From Candidatus Latescibacterota bacterium (GTDB taxonomy: Bacteria; Latescibacterota; UBA2968; GCA-2709665), in NCBI GenBank assembly GCA_965203805.1, contig OZ241917.1, positions 1,952,001 to 2,016,000 on the forward strand: a stretch of DNA of 64,000 nt, written 5' to 3'. Made by a program: the position numbers and the translations under genes. Each line of letters starts with the position of its first letter. The stretch's first letter is position 1. The notes under the pieces are model-generated. The model did not search any database, was not told the origin of the DNA, and was given only the letters and a program-made list of their open reading frames with translations. This document shows positions 10,360 to 20,535 of this stretch, piece by piece.

Positions 10360-11454
10360 TTGAAGATTATCCACATCAGCGCCACCCCGATCCGCGTACC
10401 GCGCCCGCAGACCTTTACCAGCAGCCTCGGGCGCAGCCAGGAGACCGAGAACGCGATCGTCGAAATACAGACAGACGAAGGCATTACCGGGGTTGGCGAA
10501 GTGTGCAGCATCTGGGACCGCAAGGGCCGCGGTCAGGCCGAAGACATCAACGACCTGCTCGCGGGGGCGCTTTCGGGCCGGGACCCATTCCGCATCGCGG
10601 AGATCCACGCGCTGATGAACAGCCTGTTGCATCGCTCCGAACCGGCGAAGGCCGGTGTGGACATGGCCCTGTACGACATCGTCGGCAAAGCGCTTGACAC
10701 GCCGGTTTACAACCTGCTGGGCGGGCTGGTGCGGGACCGCGTCCTGCTCAGCCATTCGCTATCCATGGGCGAACCGGATCAGATCGCCGAACAGGCCGCC
10801 GCGCTCGCGAATAGGGGATACCGAACGCTCAAGGCGAAGATCGGGATGGACCCGGAAGCCGATCTCGCCACCGTTGAGGCCATTCGCGAGCGTGTGGGAA
10901 ACGACGTCGTGCTGCGCGTGGACGCCAACATGGGCTGGCGAAACGCCAAAGAGGCCGTGAGAAATATAAAAACCATCGAACCCTTCCGGCTCGAACTGGT
11001 GGAACAGCCGCTTCACTTCAGCGACCTGGAGGGCCTGCGACACATCCGGGACCATGTAGACACACCCATTATGGCCGACGAGAGCGTCTGGACACCGACG
11101 GACGCCATGGCCTGCATCAAGGCCGGAGCCGTGGATGTCTTCAATGTCTACGTGGCTGAAGCCGGAGGCATCTTCCCGGCCGCACAGATCTTCGCCATTG
11201 CCGAAGCCACCCGGCTGCCCTGCATCATCGGGAGCATGCCCGAACTGGGTATAGGGACCTCCGCCCAGGCTCACCTCGCATTTGCCATGCGAAACCTGGG
11301 GTATGCCAGCGACGTGAACGGCTTCGTGTACCACGCTGACGACATCATCCTCGAAACCCTGAAGATTGAGGACGGCCACCTTCTGCCGCCCCCGGGACCG
11401 GGACTGGGCGTGAGTCTGGACCGGGATAAAGTCGAGAAATATCGGATCGTGTGA
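10360..11454 (+). CDS. enolase superfamily enzyme, muconate-lactonizing subgroup
   Basis: KAKIG (KxK), metal ligands VDAN / EQP / ADES, GPGLG. TTG start after AAGGAG. Confidence 0.85.
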   Translation: MKIIHISATPIRVPRPQTFTSSLGRSQETENAIVEIQTDEGITGVGEVCSIWDRKGRGQAEDINDLLAGALSGRDPFRIAEIHALMNSLLHRSEPAKAGVDMALYDIVGKALDTPVYNLLGGLVRDRVLLSHSLSMGEPDQIAEQAAALANRGYRTLKAKIGMDPEADLATVEAIRERVGNDVVLRVDANMGWRNAKEAVRNIKTIEPFRLELVEQPLHFSDLEGLRHIRDHVDTPIMADESVWTPTDAMACIKAGAVDVFNVYVAEAGGIFPAAQIFAIAEATRLPCIIGSMPELGIGTSAQAHLAFAMRNLGYASDVNGFVYHADDIILETLKIEDGHLLPPPGPGLGVSLDRDKVEKYRIV

Positions 11455-11496
11455 AACCATACCCCATTTCCTTCATAATGACAGCTGGAGCACGCC

Positions 11497-12831
11497 ATGA
11501 CCACCGCCAGAGCCGGATGGGCCGAAGTTGAAACCACGCCGCCACTCGGGTTGCCCATGGGAGGACGCGGTCCTCGCTTTACACCCGGCGCACACATCCT
11601 GGACCCGCTCTACGCACAGGCCACGGTATTGGAAGATTCAAGGGGAACGAGGACCCTCTGGATATCCGTGGACCTGATCGGGCTCGCGCCGGTGATCGCG
11701 GAACCTCTCCGGTACGACCTCTCCGCGCTCACCGGGATTCCCATGGAAGCCGTCGTCCTGAATTTCTCGCACACCCACAGCGGCCCCATGGGCGGCTTTG
11801 AAGGCTATGCCACACCCGTGACCAAGCCGCGCGAACTTCACGCGTATGACGAACGCCTTTGCCGTAACATCGTTCGGGTGGCACTCGAAGCCGTGGATAA
11901 CCTTCAACCGGTTGCCGTAACCGAGTACCGGGCCGCGTCGGCGGTAGGCATCAACCGCCGCAGGAAAAGCCCGTCGGGCGAGATTCAGATGGGGCCCAAT
12001 CCGGATGGCGCACACAACCCGGACCTGTGGCTGATCGACGTTTCGGCGAAGGAGAGCGACGACCGGTGTGTCGTATTCAGCTACGGATGCCATCCGGTGA
12101 TTGTCTACGGTTACGCCTGGGACGGTATCTCAGCCGACTATCCCGGCGTTTGCCGCGCCACACTCAGGTCGGAACTCGGCGCGAACGTCCATTGCCAGTT
12201 CATCCAGGGCCTCGCGGGAAACATCAGGCCCCGTGTTCTGGCCGATCCGGATCGGGACGCATTCCGAAAATCGACGCCGGCCGATACCCAGGCCGCGGGA
12301 ACTGAACTCGCACGCGATATCGTCGTCGCACTCCGCAATGGCGGCAAAGAGCTGGACCTGAACATCGCGGCGGTTCAGGGACGTTTCCTTGCCCCGAGAG
12401 ACCAGGCGAGAATACCGCCCGTGGACCACTGGCGGTCTCTCCTGGATTCGGAAGATGAACTCAGCCGGAATCTGGGTGGCTACTGGGTCGCGCGGCTCGA
12501 GAGCGGCATCCCTCCGGTCAAGGCGGTACCGTGGCCCGTCGGACTGATCCGGCTCGCCGAAGGGCGCCGGATCGCATGGATTGCGGGCGAGGTCCTTGCC
12601 GAATGGCTGGACCTCGTGAGAATCTGGCTCAACGATACCGACCTGATTGCCTGGGGCTATTGCCAGGAAGGACGGGGTTATCTGCCCACCGACGAACTCC
12701 TGCCGGAAGGTGGATATGAGGTCGACCGCGCCAACACGTACACCATCACCGGACCCGGTCCCTTCTCGGACGGACTCAATGCGGCGGCGCGGGAGACCTT
12801 TCTTTCGCTCGCCGGTCAACTTCGGTCCTGA
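11497..12831 (+). CDS. neutral/alkaline ceramidase-like amidohydrolase
   Basis: SHTHSGP, GINRR, YGCHP, SADYPG, GYLPT...GGYE. Confidence 0.75.
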   Translation: MTTARAGWAEVETTPPLGLPMGGRGPRFTPGAHILDPLYAQATVLEDSRGTRTLWISVDLIGLAPVIAEPLRYDLSALTGIPMEAVVLNFSHTHSGPMGGFEGYATPVTKPRELHAYDERLCRNIVRVALEAVDNLQPVAVTEYRAASAVGINRRRKSPSGEIQMGPNPDGAHNPDLWLIDVSAKESDDRCVVFSYGCHPVIVYGYAWDGISADYPGVCRATLRSELGANVHCQFIQGLAGNIRPRVLADPDRDAFRKSTPADTQAAGTELARDIVVALRNGGKELDLNIAAVQGRFLAPRDQARIPPVDHWRSLLDSEDELSRNLGGYWVARLESGIPPVKAVPWPVGLIRLAEGRRIAWIAGEVLAEWLDLVRIWLNDTDLIAWGYCQEGRGYLPTDELLPEGGYEVDRANTYTITGPGPFSDGLNAAARETFLSLAGQLRS

Positions 12832-12881
12832 AACTCCGCCCGGCCTGCGCTCCGCCGCGGTCCGCTTCCGGCATCGTCAAC

Positions 12882-14579
12882 ATGCCCCATCATTGGAGAG
12901 ATAGAGCCGGCACGTCCTTTGAAGTCCAGAAACAGCCGGCGTCCGGATCGCGCGGCGTGGTTGCGGCCAACCATCCTGTCGCCTCGGCCGCGGGCGCGCA
13001 TATGTATGCCCTGGGCGGGAACGCCATCGACGCCGCCGTGGCCGCGCTCTTTGCCCTCAACGTGGTCGAACCACAGATGGTGGGTCTGTTCGGCGCCGGG
13101 TGGATCAACATCCGTCTCGCCGACGGTACGCCCGTCATCCTCGACGCCTACGCCTGTGCACCCAATCAGGCGACGCAAGACATGTATGCGCCCGTGTCCG
13201 ACACCTGGCCGGACTACATGCGGGCCGAAAACGACGCCAACAAGGTCGGCCCCCTTGCGGCCGGGGTTCCGGGCGCGCTGAAGGGATGGTGCGAAGCGCT
13301 CCGACGCTGGGGCGTCCTGGATCTGAAGACCGTGGTCCAGCCCGCCATCCATGTCGCCGAAAACGGGTTTCCCGTCAGCCGTTACCTGGCCGAATCCGTG
13401 GAACAGAATCAGCGGCATCTCAGCAGATTTCCGGAAACGGCCCGGATTTTTCTGCCCCGGGGGCAACCGCCGGCGGCGGGCACACGCCTCGTTCAACCCG
13501 ACCTTGCCGCGACCCTGCGCGACATCGCCGAGGGAGGACCTGACGTCCTCTACAAGGGTCCACTCGGGAACAGGATCGTCGACCACGTCCGGCAAAGCGG
13601 CGGCATCCTCACCATGGAAGATCTCGGCGCCTACCGCGCCATACTGCGCAACCCGCTGCGGGGAACGTACCGAGGATACGAACTCGTTGTCCCGCCGCCG
13701 CCGTCTTCCGGCGGCGTTCACGTGCTTCAGATCCTCAATCTACTCGAGGGTTTCGACGTAGCCGGCCTCGGGTTCGGCACGGCGGACGGCATCCACGTCC
13801 TCGCCGAATGCTTCAAGATCGCCTTTGCCGACCGCACAATATACCTTGGCGACCCCGAACATATCGATGTGCCCGTCGAATGGCTGGTGTCGAAGACCTA
13901 TGGAGAGCAGCGCCGCCCGGAAATCGACATGGGGGGAGCGGCCAGCCCCGGCGCCGGCGTTCCGCCCCTGTCCGAATCCGCGTGTACCACCCATGTGACC
14001 ACCGCCGATGCGGCCGGCAACGTAGCCGCCATGACCCAGACCATCAACGAGGGGTTCGGCTGCAAGGTCGTCGCTCCCGGGACGGGCCTGCTCCTGAACA
14101 ACAACATGGCCCTCTTCGACCCCCACCCCGGAATGGCCAACTCGGCAGGGCCCGGCCGGCGCATGCTCAGCAGCAACGCACCCACCATTGTATCCAGAAA
14201 CGGCGACCCGTGTTTCGCACTTGGCACGCCCGGCGGGGTACGCATCTTTCCCGCCGTCCTGCAGGCCCTCGTCAACCTCATCGATCACGGAATGACGCTG
14301 CAGGAAGCCGTTGAAGCCCCCAGAGTCTGGACACAGGGCCAGGAACTGGAAGTCGAACCCGCCATCTCCGGATCCGTTAGAACCCGGCTCACGGGCCTGG
14401 GCCACGACGTTCGCGAGGTAAACACGGTAGCTGGAGGGATGAACGGCATCGCCTGCGATCACGACACGGGGACCATCACCGGCGCCGCGTGCTGGCGCGC
14501 CGACGGGTCTCCGGTTGCCATTGCGGGCGGCCCCGCGCGCCGCGGTATCCGGTTCAGACCAGACGCCGGCCGCGAATAA
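12882..14579 (+). CDS. ggt: gamma-glutamyltransferase family Ntn hydrolase
   Basis: GGNAIDAAVA, PPPSSGG, nucleophile TTH, LLNNNM, LSSNAPT, GTPGG. Confidence 0.9.
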   Translation: MPHHWRDRAGTSFEVQKQPASGSRGVVAANHPVASAAGAHMYALGGNAIDAAVAALFALNVVEPQMVGLFGAGWINIRLADGTPVILDAYACAPNQATQDMYAPVSDTWPDYMRAENDANKVGPLAAGVPGALKGWCEALRRWGVLDLKTVVQPAIHVAENGFPVSRYLAESVEQNQRHLSRFPETARIFLPRGQPPAAGTRLVQPDLAATLRDIAEGGPDVLYKGPLGNRIVDHVRQSGGILTMEDLGAYRAILRNPLRGTYRGYELVVPPPPSSGGVHVLQILNLLEGFDVAGLGFGTADGIHVLAECFKIAFADRTIYLGDPEHIDVPVEWLVSKTYGEQRRPEIDMGGAASPGAGVPPLSESACTTHVTTADAAGNVAAMTQTINEGFGCKVVAPGTGLLLNNNMALFDPHPGMANSAGPGRRMLSSNAPTIVSRNGDPCFALGTPGGVRIFPAVLQALVNLIDHGMTLQEAVEAPRVWTQGQELEVEPAISGSVRTRLTGLGHDVREVNTVAGGMNGIACDHDTGTITGAACWRADGSPVAIAGGPARRGIRFRPDAGRE

Positions 14580-14618
14580 ACCTTCAATGCTGCATATCCG
14601 GAATCAAAGGACCCTTGC

Positions 14619-17417
14619 ATGGTGAACGACTGGCTCGAAACCTGGCACGGTGAATTCGATATCCCTGAAATGCAGGACCCGGGCCGCTGGCGCCGATACC
14701 GGTCTCGCGTCCGCCATCCCGCAACCATCTTCTCACCTGCCGATATCTGCCGCGCACGGGAAAACGTCTCCCGGCACCCATGGGCCCGAAAAGCCCTGGA
14801 GACGCTTCTGGAGAGAGTCGACGCTGCCGGGGCGGTTTCCCGGGAGTGGGCGCGGACGTACGTGCCGTCAACGACACCCTATTCACCGCATTTCACCATG
14901 TGTCCGAAGTGCGAATTCGCGCCCATGCACGGCGCATACGACTGGAGTCCGGACGATCCTGCGCACATTCGATGCAAGGGTTGCGGCACCGTGTATCCCA
15001 ACGACGATTTTCCAGAAGACGTAATTTTCGAAAGCCGCTTCGACCCCCGGCAGAAAATCACGCTCTACGGCGGCAAGTCCTGGCAGGCCTACGGATATGC
15101 CGTGATCCACTCCAGCTTTTCCGGCCATGCCCGCATCCACCGGTGCCGGCACGCAGCCAATACCGCCGAAGACCTGGCGCTGGCCTACGCCCTGACGGGA
15201 GAAAGGGAGTACGCAGCGGGCGCCGCTCTTGTCCTGAAGCGGTTTGCGGACGTCCATCCCAAGTATCTTGTACATTCCTCGTACGGCGACATTGCGGATC
15301 TGGATCCGAAGATCGCCGCCACCCGGGTCGACAATCTGCCCGAAGACGAGTGGTGCCCGCCGGGAAACCGGCCGAACCGTAAGCTCCATCCCGGATACTG
15401 GGCCGTACTGCGCTGGGGCTCCTCCGGAGGGATGGAAGGCACCTCCCTCCAAAAACTCATCCTCGCCTACGACCTGGTCGCCGAAACCCTGACAGACGCG
15501 GAAAAACGGCATATCGAGCACGACCTGCTGCTTGACGCGGCCGTGATGCTCTTCTCGGACGACGTCATCAACAACAAGACCGGAATGAACCGATGCGCCG
15601 TGGGCCTGATCGGAATCGTCTGCGGCGATCCGCTGCTGATCCGGTTCGGCCTCGACGGCTTTGTGAGGGCCGTGCGGGACTGGTGGCTGCCCGACGGCGG
15701 AACGCCTGAATCCATCGGTTACGCAGGAATGATGCTCTCCGGCATCTGGCGTCTCGCCGAAGCTCTCAAGCGCTATTCGGATCCGGATGGCGTCGGTTTA
15801 CCTCCGGCGCCGCTGCATCGAGTGGACCTCTACAATTGGCCGCGCTACCGCGCGGTCTGGCAGAACATGGCCCGTCCGCTCCTTCCGGATCTGGATTATC
15901 CGCTGCTGGCCGACAACCGGCTGCCCTGCCACCTCTCCGCTATGTTCGCCGACATCCTCGCGCGCAATTACCCGTCCGAAAACCACCGCATGCTTCAACG
16001 CGATATCGCGAAGACGGACCGCTGCTATGCCGGCCGAATCGCGCAGTTCTGGTACGGCGGCAACCTGGACACGGCCGCCGCCTTCTACCGACAGCCCGTT
16101 TTGGCGTCCGATCAGCCGCCCCGGTTCGCAGACGACCTGGGGCCCCACCTGAACATCGGAACCCAGCGCACGGGGCACAGGGGAAACGGCGCCGCGGTCA
16201 TCCTTTACGGCGCAGACTTCAAAGGGCACCATCATCACGACCATCTCAATCTCTACTACTGGAAAGACCGGCGTGAACTGCTCACCGATCTCGGCTATCT
16301 GTGGGACATGGAGGAACTCCGCTACGGCGTCATTCGCACCTTCGCACACAATCTGGTCGTCGTGGACGGCGAAGAACAGATGGCGCGCGGCCGCCGGGCG
16401 ACCTTTCACCTTTTTTCGGCATGTCCGCGGGCGAGGGTGATGGAGGCTTCGTCAAACGTCTACCCGGGCACCTCGATCTACCGGCGGACCATCGCCACCG
16501 TCGGCAGCGGTCCGGACGAATACATCGTGGATATCTTTCGCGTCAGGGGAGGCGAAAGACACGATTGGGTCATGCACGGACCGGTCCGGTCCATCGCGCT
16601 TTCCGGCATACAGACCCGGCCGGCAGACGAGGAAATATACGATCTCACGCGGGTCCGTGCGGGCCGATCCGTTTCCCCCTGGTCGGCCGCGTGGACGCCC
16701 GGCGGCGGGAAGCCATTCCGTGCGCACATCCCGGCGCACGAAACCGAACAGGTCTATATCGGACAGGGATTCGGTCAGCGCAAAGCCCGCGACAGGGGCG
16801 CCACCGTACCGTACATCGTGCGGCGTCGAGTCATCGGCGACAGCGCCTTCGTTACGGTATATGCCGATGGTGAAGCCGTCACATCCGTGCGCATCCTCTA
16901 CCTGAACCCGGCCACCATGGCGACCGTCGTCGAGGTCGCAAAGAACACGGGGAGGGATCTGCTGATCAGTGCAGGAGACGGGCAGACCCCCGAAACCGTC
17001 GAGCGGCAGGATCCTGCCCTGCGTTTCAACGGCCGATTCGGTTTCATTTCAGCCGGAGACGCCTGGCTGGTGGGAGGCACCTGTCTGCAACACGGCGAAA
17101 TCACCCTCGGGAGCGATTTCGCGGCGCAGTCGGGCCCCGTCCTGGAGACCCGTGTTACCGAAAGGGAATCCGGTCTGGTGACCACCGGGGACGCGAACGG
17201 GTTGCGCCAATTGGAGGGCAGTCACATCTTCGTGACCGACAGCCGGCGGATGGTTCGCGCTTACCCCGTTCTCGGGGTCGGCGAGTCCCGGGGTCATCCC
17301 ATGCTGGTCACCCGACGCGGCGACAGGGGCTACGATATCCGCTCCGGCGTGACATGGACGGCCTGGACGGAGACGTTCCGGACATTGAGAAGGACCGCGG
17401 AAACCTGTCTGAGGTGA
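14619..17417 (+). CDS. heparinase II/III-like polysaccharide lyase
   Basis: DGGTPESIGY, GHHHHDHLN, TDLGY, AHNLVVVDG, DIFRVRGG. Confidence 0.75.
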   Translation: MVNDWLETWHGEFDIPEMQDPGRWRRYRSRVRHPATIFSPADICRARENVSRHPWARKALETLLERVDAAGAVSREWARTYVPSTTPYSPHFTMCPKCEFAPMHGAYDWSPDDPAHIRCKGCGTVYPNDDFPEDVIFESRFDPRQKITLYGGKSWQAYGYAVIHSSFSGHARIHRCRHAANTAEDLALAYALTGEREYAAGAALVLKRFADVHPKYLVHSSYGDIADLDPKIAATRVDNLPEDEWCPPGNRPNRKLHPGYWAVLRWGSSGGMEGTSLQKLILAYDLVAETLTDAEKRHIEHDLLLDAAVMLFSDDVINNKTGMNRCAVGLIGIVCGDPLLIRFGLDGFVRAVRDWWLPDGGTPESIGYAGMMLSGIWRLAEALKRYSDPDGVGLPPAPLHRVDLYNWPRYRAVWQNMARPLLPDLDYPLLADNRLPCHLSAMFADILARNYPSENHRMLQRDIAKTDRCYAGRIAQFWYGGNLDTAAAFYRQPVLASDQPPRFADDLGPHLNIGTQRTGHRGNGAAVILYGADFKGHHHHDHLNLYYWKDRRELLTDLGYLWDMEELRYGVIRTFAHNLVVVDGEEQMARGRRATFHLFSACPRARVMEASSNVYPGTSIYRRTIATVGSGPDEYIVDIFRVRGGERHDWVMHGPVRSIALSGIQTRPADEEIYDLTRVRAGRSVSPWSAAWTPGGGKPFRAHIPAHETEQVYIGQGFGQRKARDRGATVPYIVRRRVIGDSAFVTVYADGEAVTSVRILYLNPATMATVVEVAKNTGRDLLISAGDGQTPETVERQDPALRFNGRFGFISAGDAWLVGGTCLQHGEITLGSDFAAQSGPVLETRVTERESGLVTTGDANGLRQLEGSHIFVTDSRRMVRAYPVLGVGESRGHPMLVTRRGDRGYDIRSGVTWTAWTETFRTLRRTAETCLR

Positions 17418-17525
17418 GACATCGCTCGCTGCGACCTTCCGTATAGCGGAACTTCGAACGGTCCGGAGCGTTTCAGAGTTATCCCTCCTTTGCGTTCCTC
17501 AAATTTTCCGCAGGGGGCCTCGCCA

Positions 17526-17942
17526 ATGACCGGCATTTCACTTCGCGCGCTTTCGGTTGTTGTCTTTCTGCATGTTTTCTCGGAACCGACGTCCGGAGGT
17601 CCGCCCGCGTCCACCGATTCGCTGAGAGCCAGACCACCGAAACCCTCGTACGGACTACCCGGTCTGAAAAACCTGAACGGCCTGCGCCAGAGGCTTAATC
17701 GAAAACGGATGACCGCGAAAGAAGACGCGATAATCGCACTCATGCTTCAGAACCCGGCGGTCCGGCGATCGCCGCTGGATAACATGCCCCTCGTGAACCC
17801 CGGCGCCGGGCTCGCGTACGGCATGCCCATTATGAGACCGAACCCTCTCATAGACTACAAGATGCTCTTCCCTGGAACGCCGTCCGTCCCGGACACCAGG
17901 GCGCCGGTCCCGCCCGGGACCTGGCGATTCAAACGAAAGTGA
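17526..17942 (+). CDS. hypothetical secreted Pro-rich protein
   Basis: Hydrophobic N-terminus, repeated MPxxxP, DYKML. Followed by an intrinsic terminator. Confidence 0.5.
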   Translation: MTGISLRALSVVVFLHVFSEPTSGGPPASTDSLRARPPKPSYGLPGLKNLNGLRQRLNRKRMTAKEDAIIALMLQNPAVRRSPLDNMPLVNPGAGLAYGMPIMRPNPLIDYKMLFPGTPSVPDTRAPVPPGTWRFKRK

Positions 17943-17961
17943 CGCGTCGGGATCCAGAATA

Positions 17962-17989
17962 GGCTCCGGGTTTTTCCGGAGCCCTTTTT
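17962..17989 (+). terminator. intrinsic terminator
   Basis: GGCTCCGG-GTTTTT-CCGGAGCC followed by CTTTTT. Confidence 0.75.
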
Positions 17990-18046
17990 GCCGTCCGATT
18001 CATTCGCTTACCGGGCTGGATCGACCCGGAACGACCGTGGATCGCG

Positions 18047-19276
18047 TTACGCCATGGCAAGCGCAGTTTCGATCAGTCGCTTTCCGGCCTCCCACGTCAT
18101 CGGCGCCGGCAGATCGGAATTGAACATAAAGGCGGACCGGACCTCGTACCCTCCCGTGTCCCATGCATCTCTCGACGGGAAATAGCCGGCATGCCCGTTC
18201 GCCTGATTCACGATCAACAATCGATCGTCAGGCCATCGACGCCGCAGCGCAAGTCCCCACGAACCGAACAGCTGTCCCGGAAAACACGCCAGAAATACAT
18301 CCCCGATGCGAAATCCCTGCACCTCCAGCCGTACCGAGGTGAGGACGGCCTCACCTGCCGCGCGCATCGACAATTGGTCCCGCGCCCAGCCCGCCTGGTA
18401 AGATCCGGGTCCGGAACCCGCCGCCTGTTCCTTCAAGTCGTCTTCGGTCGGGATGGCATCGAGCGGGCAGGTACAATAAAGCCGTTGCGAGGCGAGTCCG
18501 TAAACACGTTCTTGCGACAGGTTGCGGGTCATTTCCAGCACCCGACCCGCAAGCCCTCGCCCGACTTTCCTCACCTCCTCGAAGTTCTGCTCGGGACGGT
18601 ACGGCCCGACATCGCCCAGGCAACCGTTGAAGAAAGCGGTAGTGCCGCCGCAGGTTGCTTCCAGTTCATTGCAGACCACTCCCGGAAAATCCGGAGACCA
18701 GGAGAGATTCGTCCCCGTCAGAATTGTTGGATGGCAGCCATAGTTCACCCACGCGGCCACGACGCGTCCGTCCGTTCCCGCAAAGCGCACCAGCCCAAGC
18801 GTAGAATCGATCGGTTGATCGTCCTTGCGGCGATTGTGGTGAAACACCGGTACCCGCATGTGCCCGAAACCGACCGTGACCGGCTCCAGGCAATGCGACG
18901 CCCTGACCACCGTGTCGACGATCCGTTCCGTCAGGTCCGACATGTACGTGGGATCGGGTACATCGTCGCGAAACCGGGTGGTAACCGGTCCCGAGTGGGT
19001 GTGGGTCGTTGCAATGAGAATACCGTCGTGCGCGATTCCCGTCCGCGCCTGGATCGCCGTACGGATCGCGTCCGTGGTGTGGCCGCTGAATCCGACCACG
19101 TCCACCACGACAAGCGCCACCCGCATCGATCCCTGTTCGCACACAAAGGCCCTCGACCACAGCGGCATATGCGTACCGGTGGCAGGGCTCTTGCGACCCG
19201 CGTATCCGGCCATCGACAGGCCGATTGGCGGCGTCACGTCAACTTTCGCGGCGCCCATCGTCAGGTTGTCCGGCAT
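18047..19276 (-). CDS. neutral/alkaline ceramidase-like amidohydrolase (second paralog)
   Basis: VDVTPP...MAGY, THTHSGP, NYGCHPT, SPDFPG, GYFP...GGYE. Confidence 0.8.
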   Translation of the reverse strand: MPDNLTMGAAKVDVTPPIGLSMAGYAGRKSPATGTHMPLWSRAFVCEQGSMRVALVVVDVVGFSGHTTDAIRTAIQARTGIAHDGILIATTHTHSGPVTTRFRDDVPDPTYMSDLTERIVDTVVRASHCLEPVTVGFGHMRVPVFHHNRRKDDQPIDSTLGLVRFAGTDGRVVAAWVNYGCHPTILTGTNLSWSPDFPGVVCNELEATCGGTTAFFNGCLGDVGPYRPEQNFEEVRKVGRGLAGRVLEMTRNLSQERVYGLASQRLYCTCPLDAIPTEDDLKEQAAGSGPGSYQAGWARDQLSMRAAGEAVLTSVRLEVQGFRIGDVFLACFPGQLFGSWGLALRRRWPDDRLLIVNQANGHAGYFPSRDAWDTGGYEVRSAFMFNSDLPAPMTWEAGKRLIETALAMA

Positions 19277-19331
19277 CCTGTCCTCCGTGAATCGCTTTGC
19301 CTCAGGTGCTGCCTTCTACCGAGAATTACGC

Positions 19332-19360
19332 TTGACACGCAACCGCCGCTTTCTTATGTT
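19332..19360 (+). promoter_or_regulatory. sigma70-type promoter of tRNA-Thr
   Basis: TTGACA-N17-TATGTT upstream of the tRNA. Confidence 0.6.
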
Positions 19361-19407
19361 ATAGGTTTCGCGTTCTGAATGATAATAAGCTGTTTTTCAT
19401 TGCTTTA

Positions 19408-19483
<76 letters not shown>

Positions 19484-19493
19484 GATAAACGAG

Positions 19494-19526
19494 AGGGCCT
19501 GTGTGCTGGATACACAAGCCCTTTTT
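19494..19526 (+). terminator. terminator after tRNA-Thr, between convergent tRNA and tal
   Basis: AGGGCcTGTGT...ACACAaGCCCT stem followed by a T run. Confidence 0.55.
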
Positions 19527-19563
19527 CGTTGCCGGAGGCAATTGCCAGGGGGATCTCGTCGGA

Positions 19564-20232
19564 TCACACGACAATCGTCTCCCGCTGGTTTTCCTTCCAG
19601 ACGTTCCAGTCGCTCAGAAAGCGCTCCAGACCGTCGTCCGTCAGTGGATGCGCCAGCAGCTTTTTCAACACGTCAGGCGGCAATGTGGAGACATCCGCCC
19701 CGGCCCTGGCGGCATCAATGACATGCAGGGGGTGCCGCAAGCTGGCCGCAAGGACCTCGGTGCGGAATCCATAGTTGTCGTAAATCTGTCGTATGGTTGT
19801 GATTAACTCCATGCCGACCTGTCCGATATCGTCCAGGCGTCCGAGAAAAGGGCTGATGTAGGACGCTCCGGCCTTCGCGGCCAGAAGCGCCTGATTCGCG
19901 GAAAAGCAGAGCGTAACGTTGGTTCTGATCGCTTCATCGCTGCAGGCCTTGATCGCCTTCAGGCCGTCCAGCGTTATTGGGACCTTGACCACCACATTGT
20001 CGTGGATGCTCGAAAGATGGCGCGCTTCCTGGAGCATCAGTCTCCACTCGGTACTCACGACCTCGGCGCTGACCGGCCCGTCCACCACCTCGCAAATTTC
20101 AAGTATGATTTGCTCAAACGCGCCTTCTTCCTTTGAAATATGCGTCGGATTGGTTGTCACACCATCCAGCACCCCCATCTCGTTGGCCTCACGTATCTCG
20201 TCCAGATTGGCCGTGTCGATAAAAAACTTCAT
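19564..20232 (-). CDS. tal: transaldolase / fructose-6-phosphate aldolase (short TalC/Fsa type)
   Basis: [15 protein letters not shown], Schiff-base [36 protein letters not shown]. Confidence 0.92.
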   Translation of the reverse strand: MKFFIDTANLDEIREANEMGVLDGVTTNPTHISKEEGAFEQIILEICEVVDGPVSAEVVSTEWRLMLQEARHLSSIHDNVVVKVPITLDGLKAIKACSDEAIRTNVTLCFSANQALLAAKAGASYISPFLGRLDDIGQVGMELITTIRQIYDNYGFRTEVLAASLRHPLHVIDAARAGADVSTLPPDVLKKLLAHPLTDDGLERFLSDWNVWKENQRETIVV

Positions 20233-20267
20233 CGCTCGCCCTCCTGCGGTATGGTTGTCGAGGGAGA

Positions 20268-20447
20268 CTAACTTTGATTCGTCATTTTTCGGTGACGTTA
20301 AACCGAATATACGCAAGTTGATAAAGGCGATTTAACGTGGGATTTCCAGGATATTTCAGGTCTCTGTACGTGAACACAAAAAGTGTCCCTTTCGACGACG
20401 TCTTCGGCCCAGTCTGGAAGGATTGTCGCGTCGCTGCTATTGTCGAA
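20268..20447. repeat. dispersed intergenic repeat, copy 1
   Basis: Core 20276-20410 matches 42736-42870 at 110/135 nt ungapped (hand count) and also matches 59455-59587. Confidence 0.9.
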
Positions 20448-20535
20448 CCAAGGCCAAATCTGTCGTCGAATCGGTGAATCGTCTGGTGATTGGCTGGAAA
20501 GGCCGTCAATGTACGAGGTTTCGGGTCTCAGGGAC

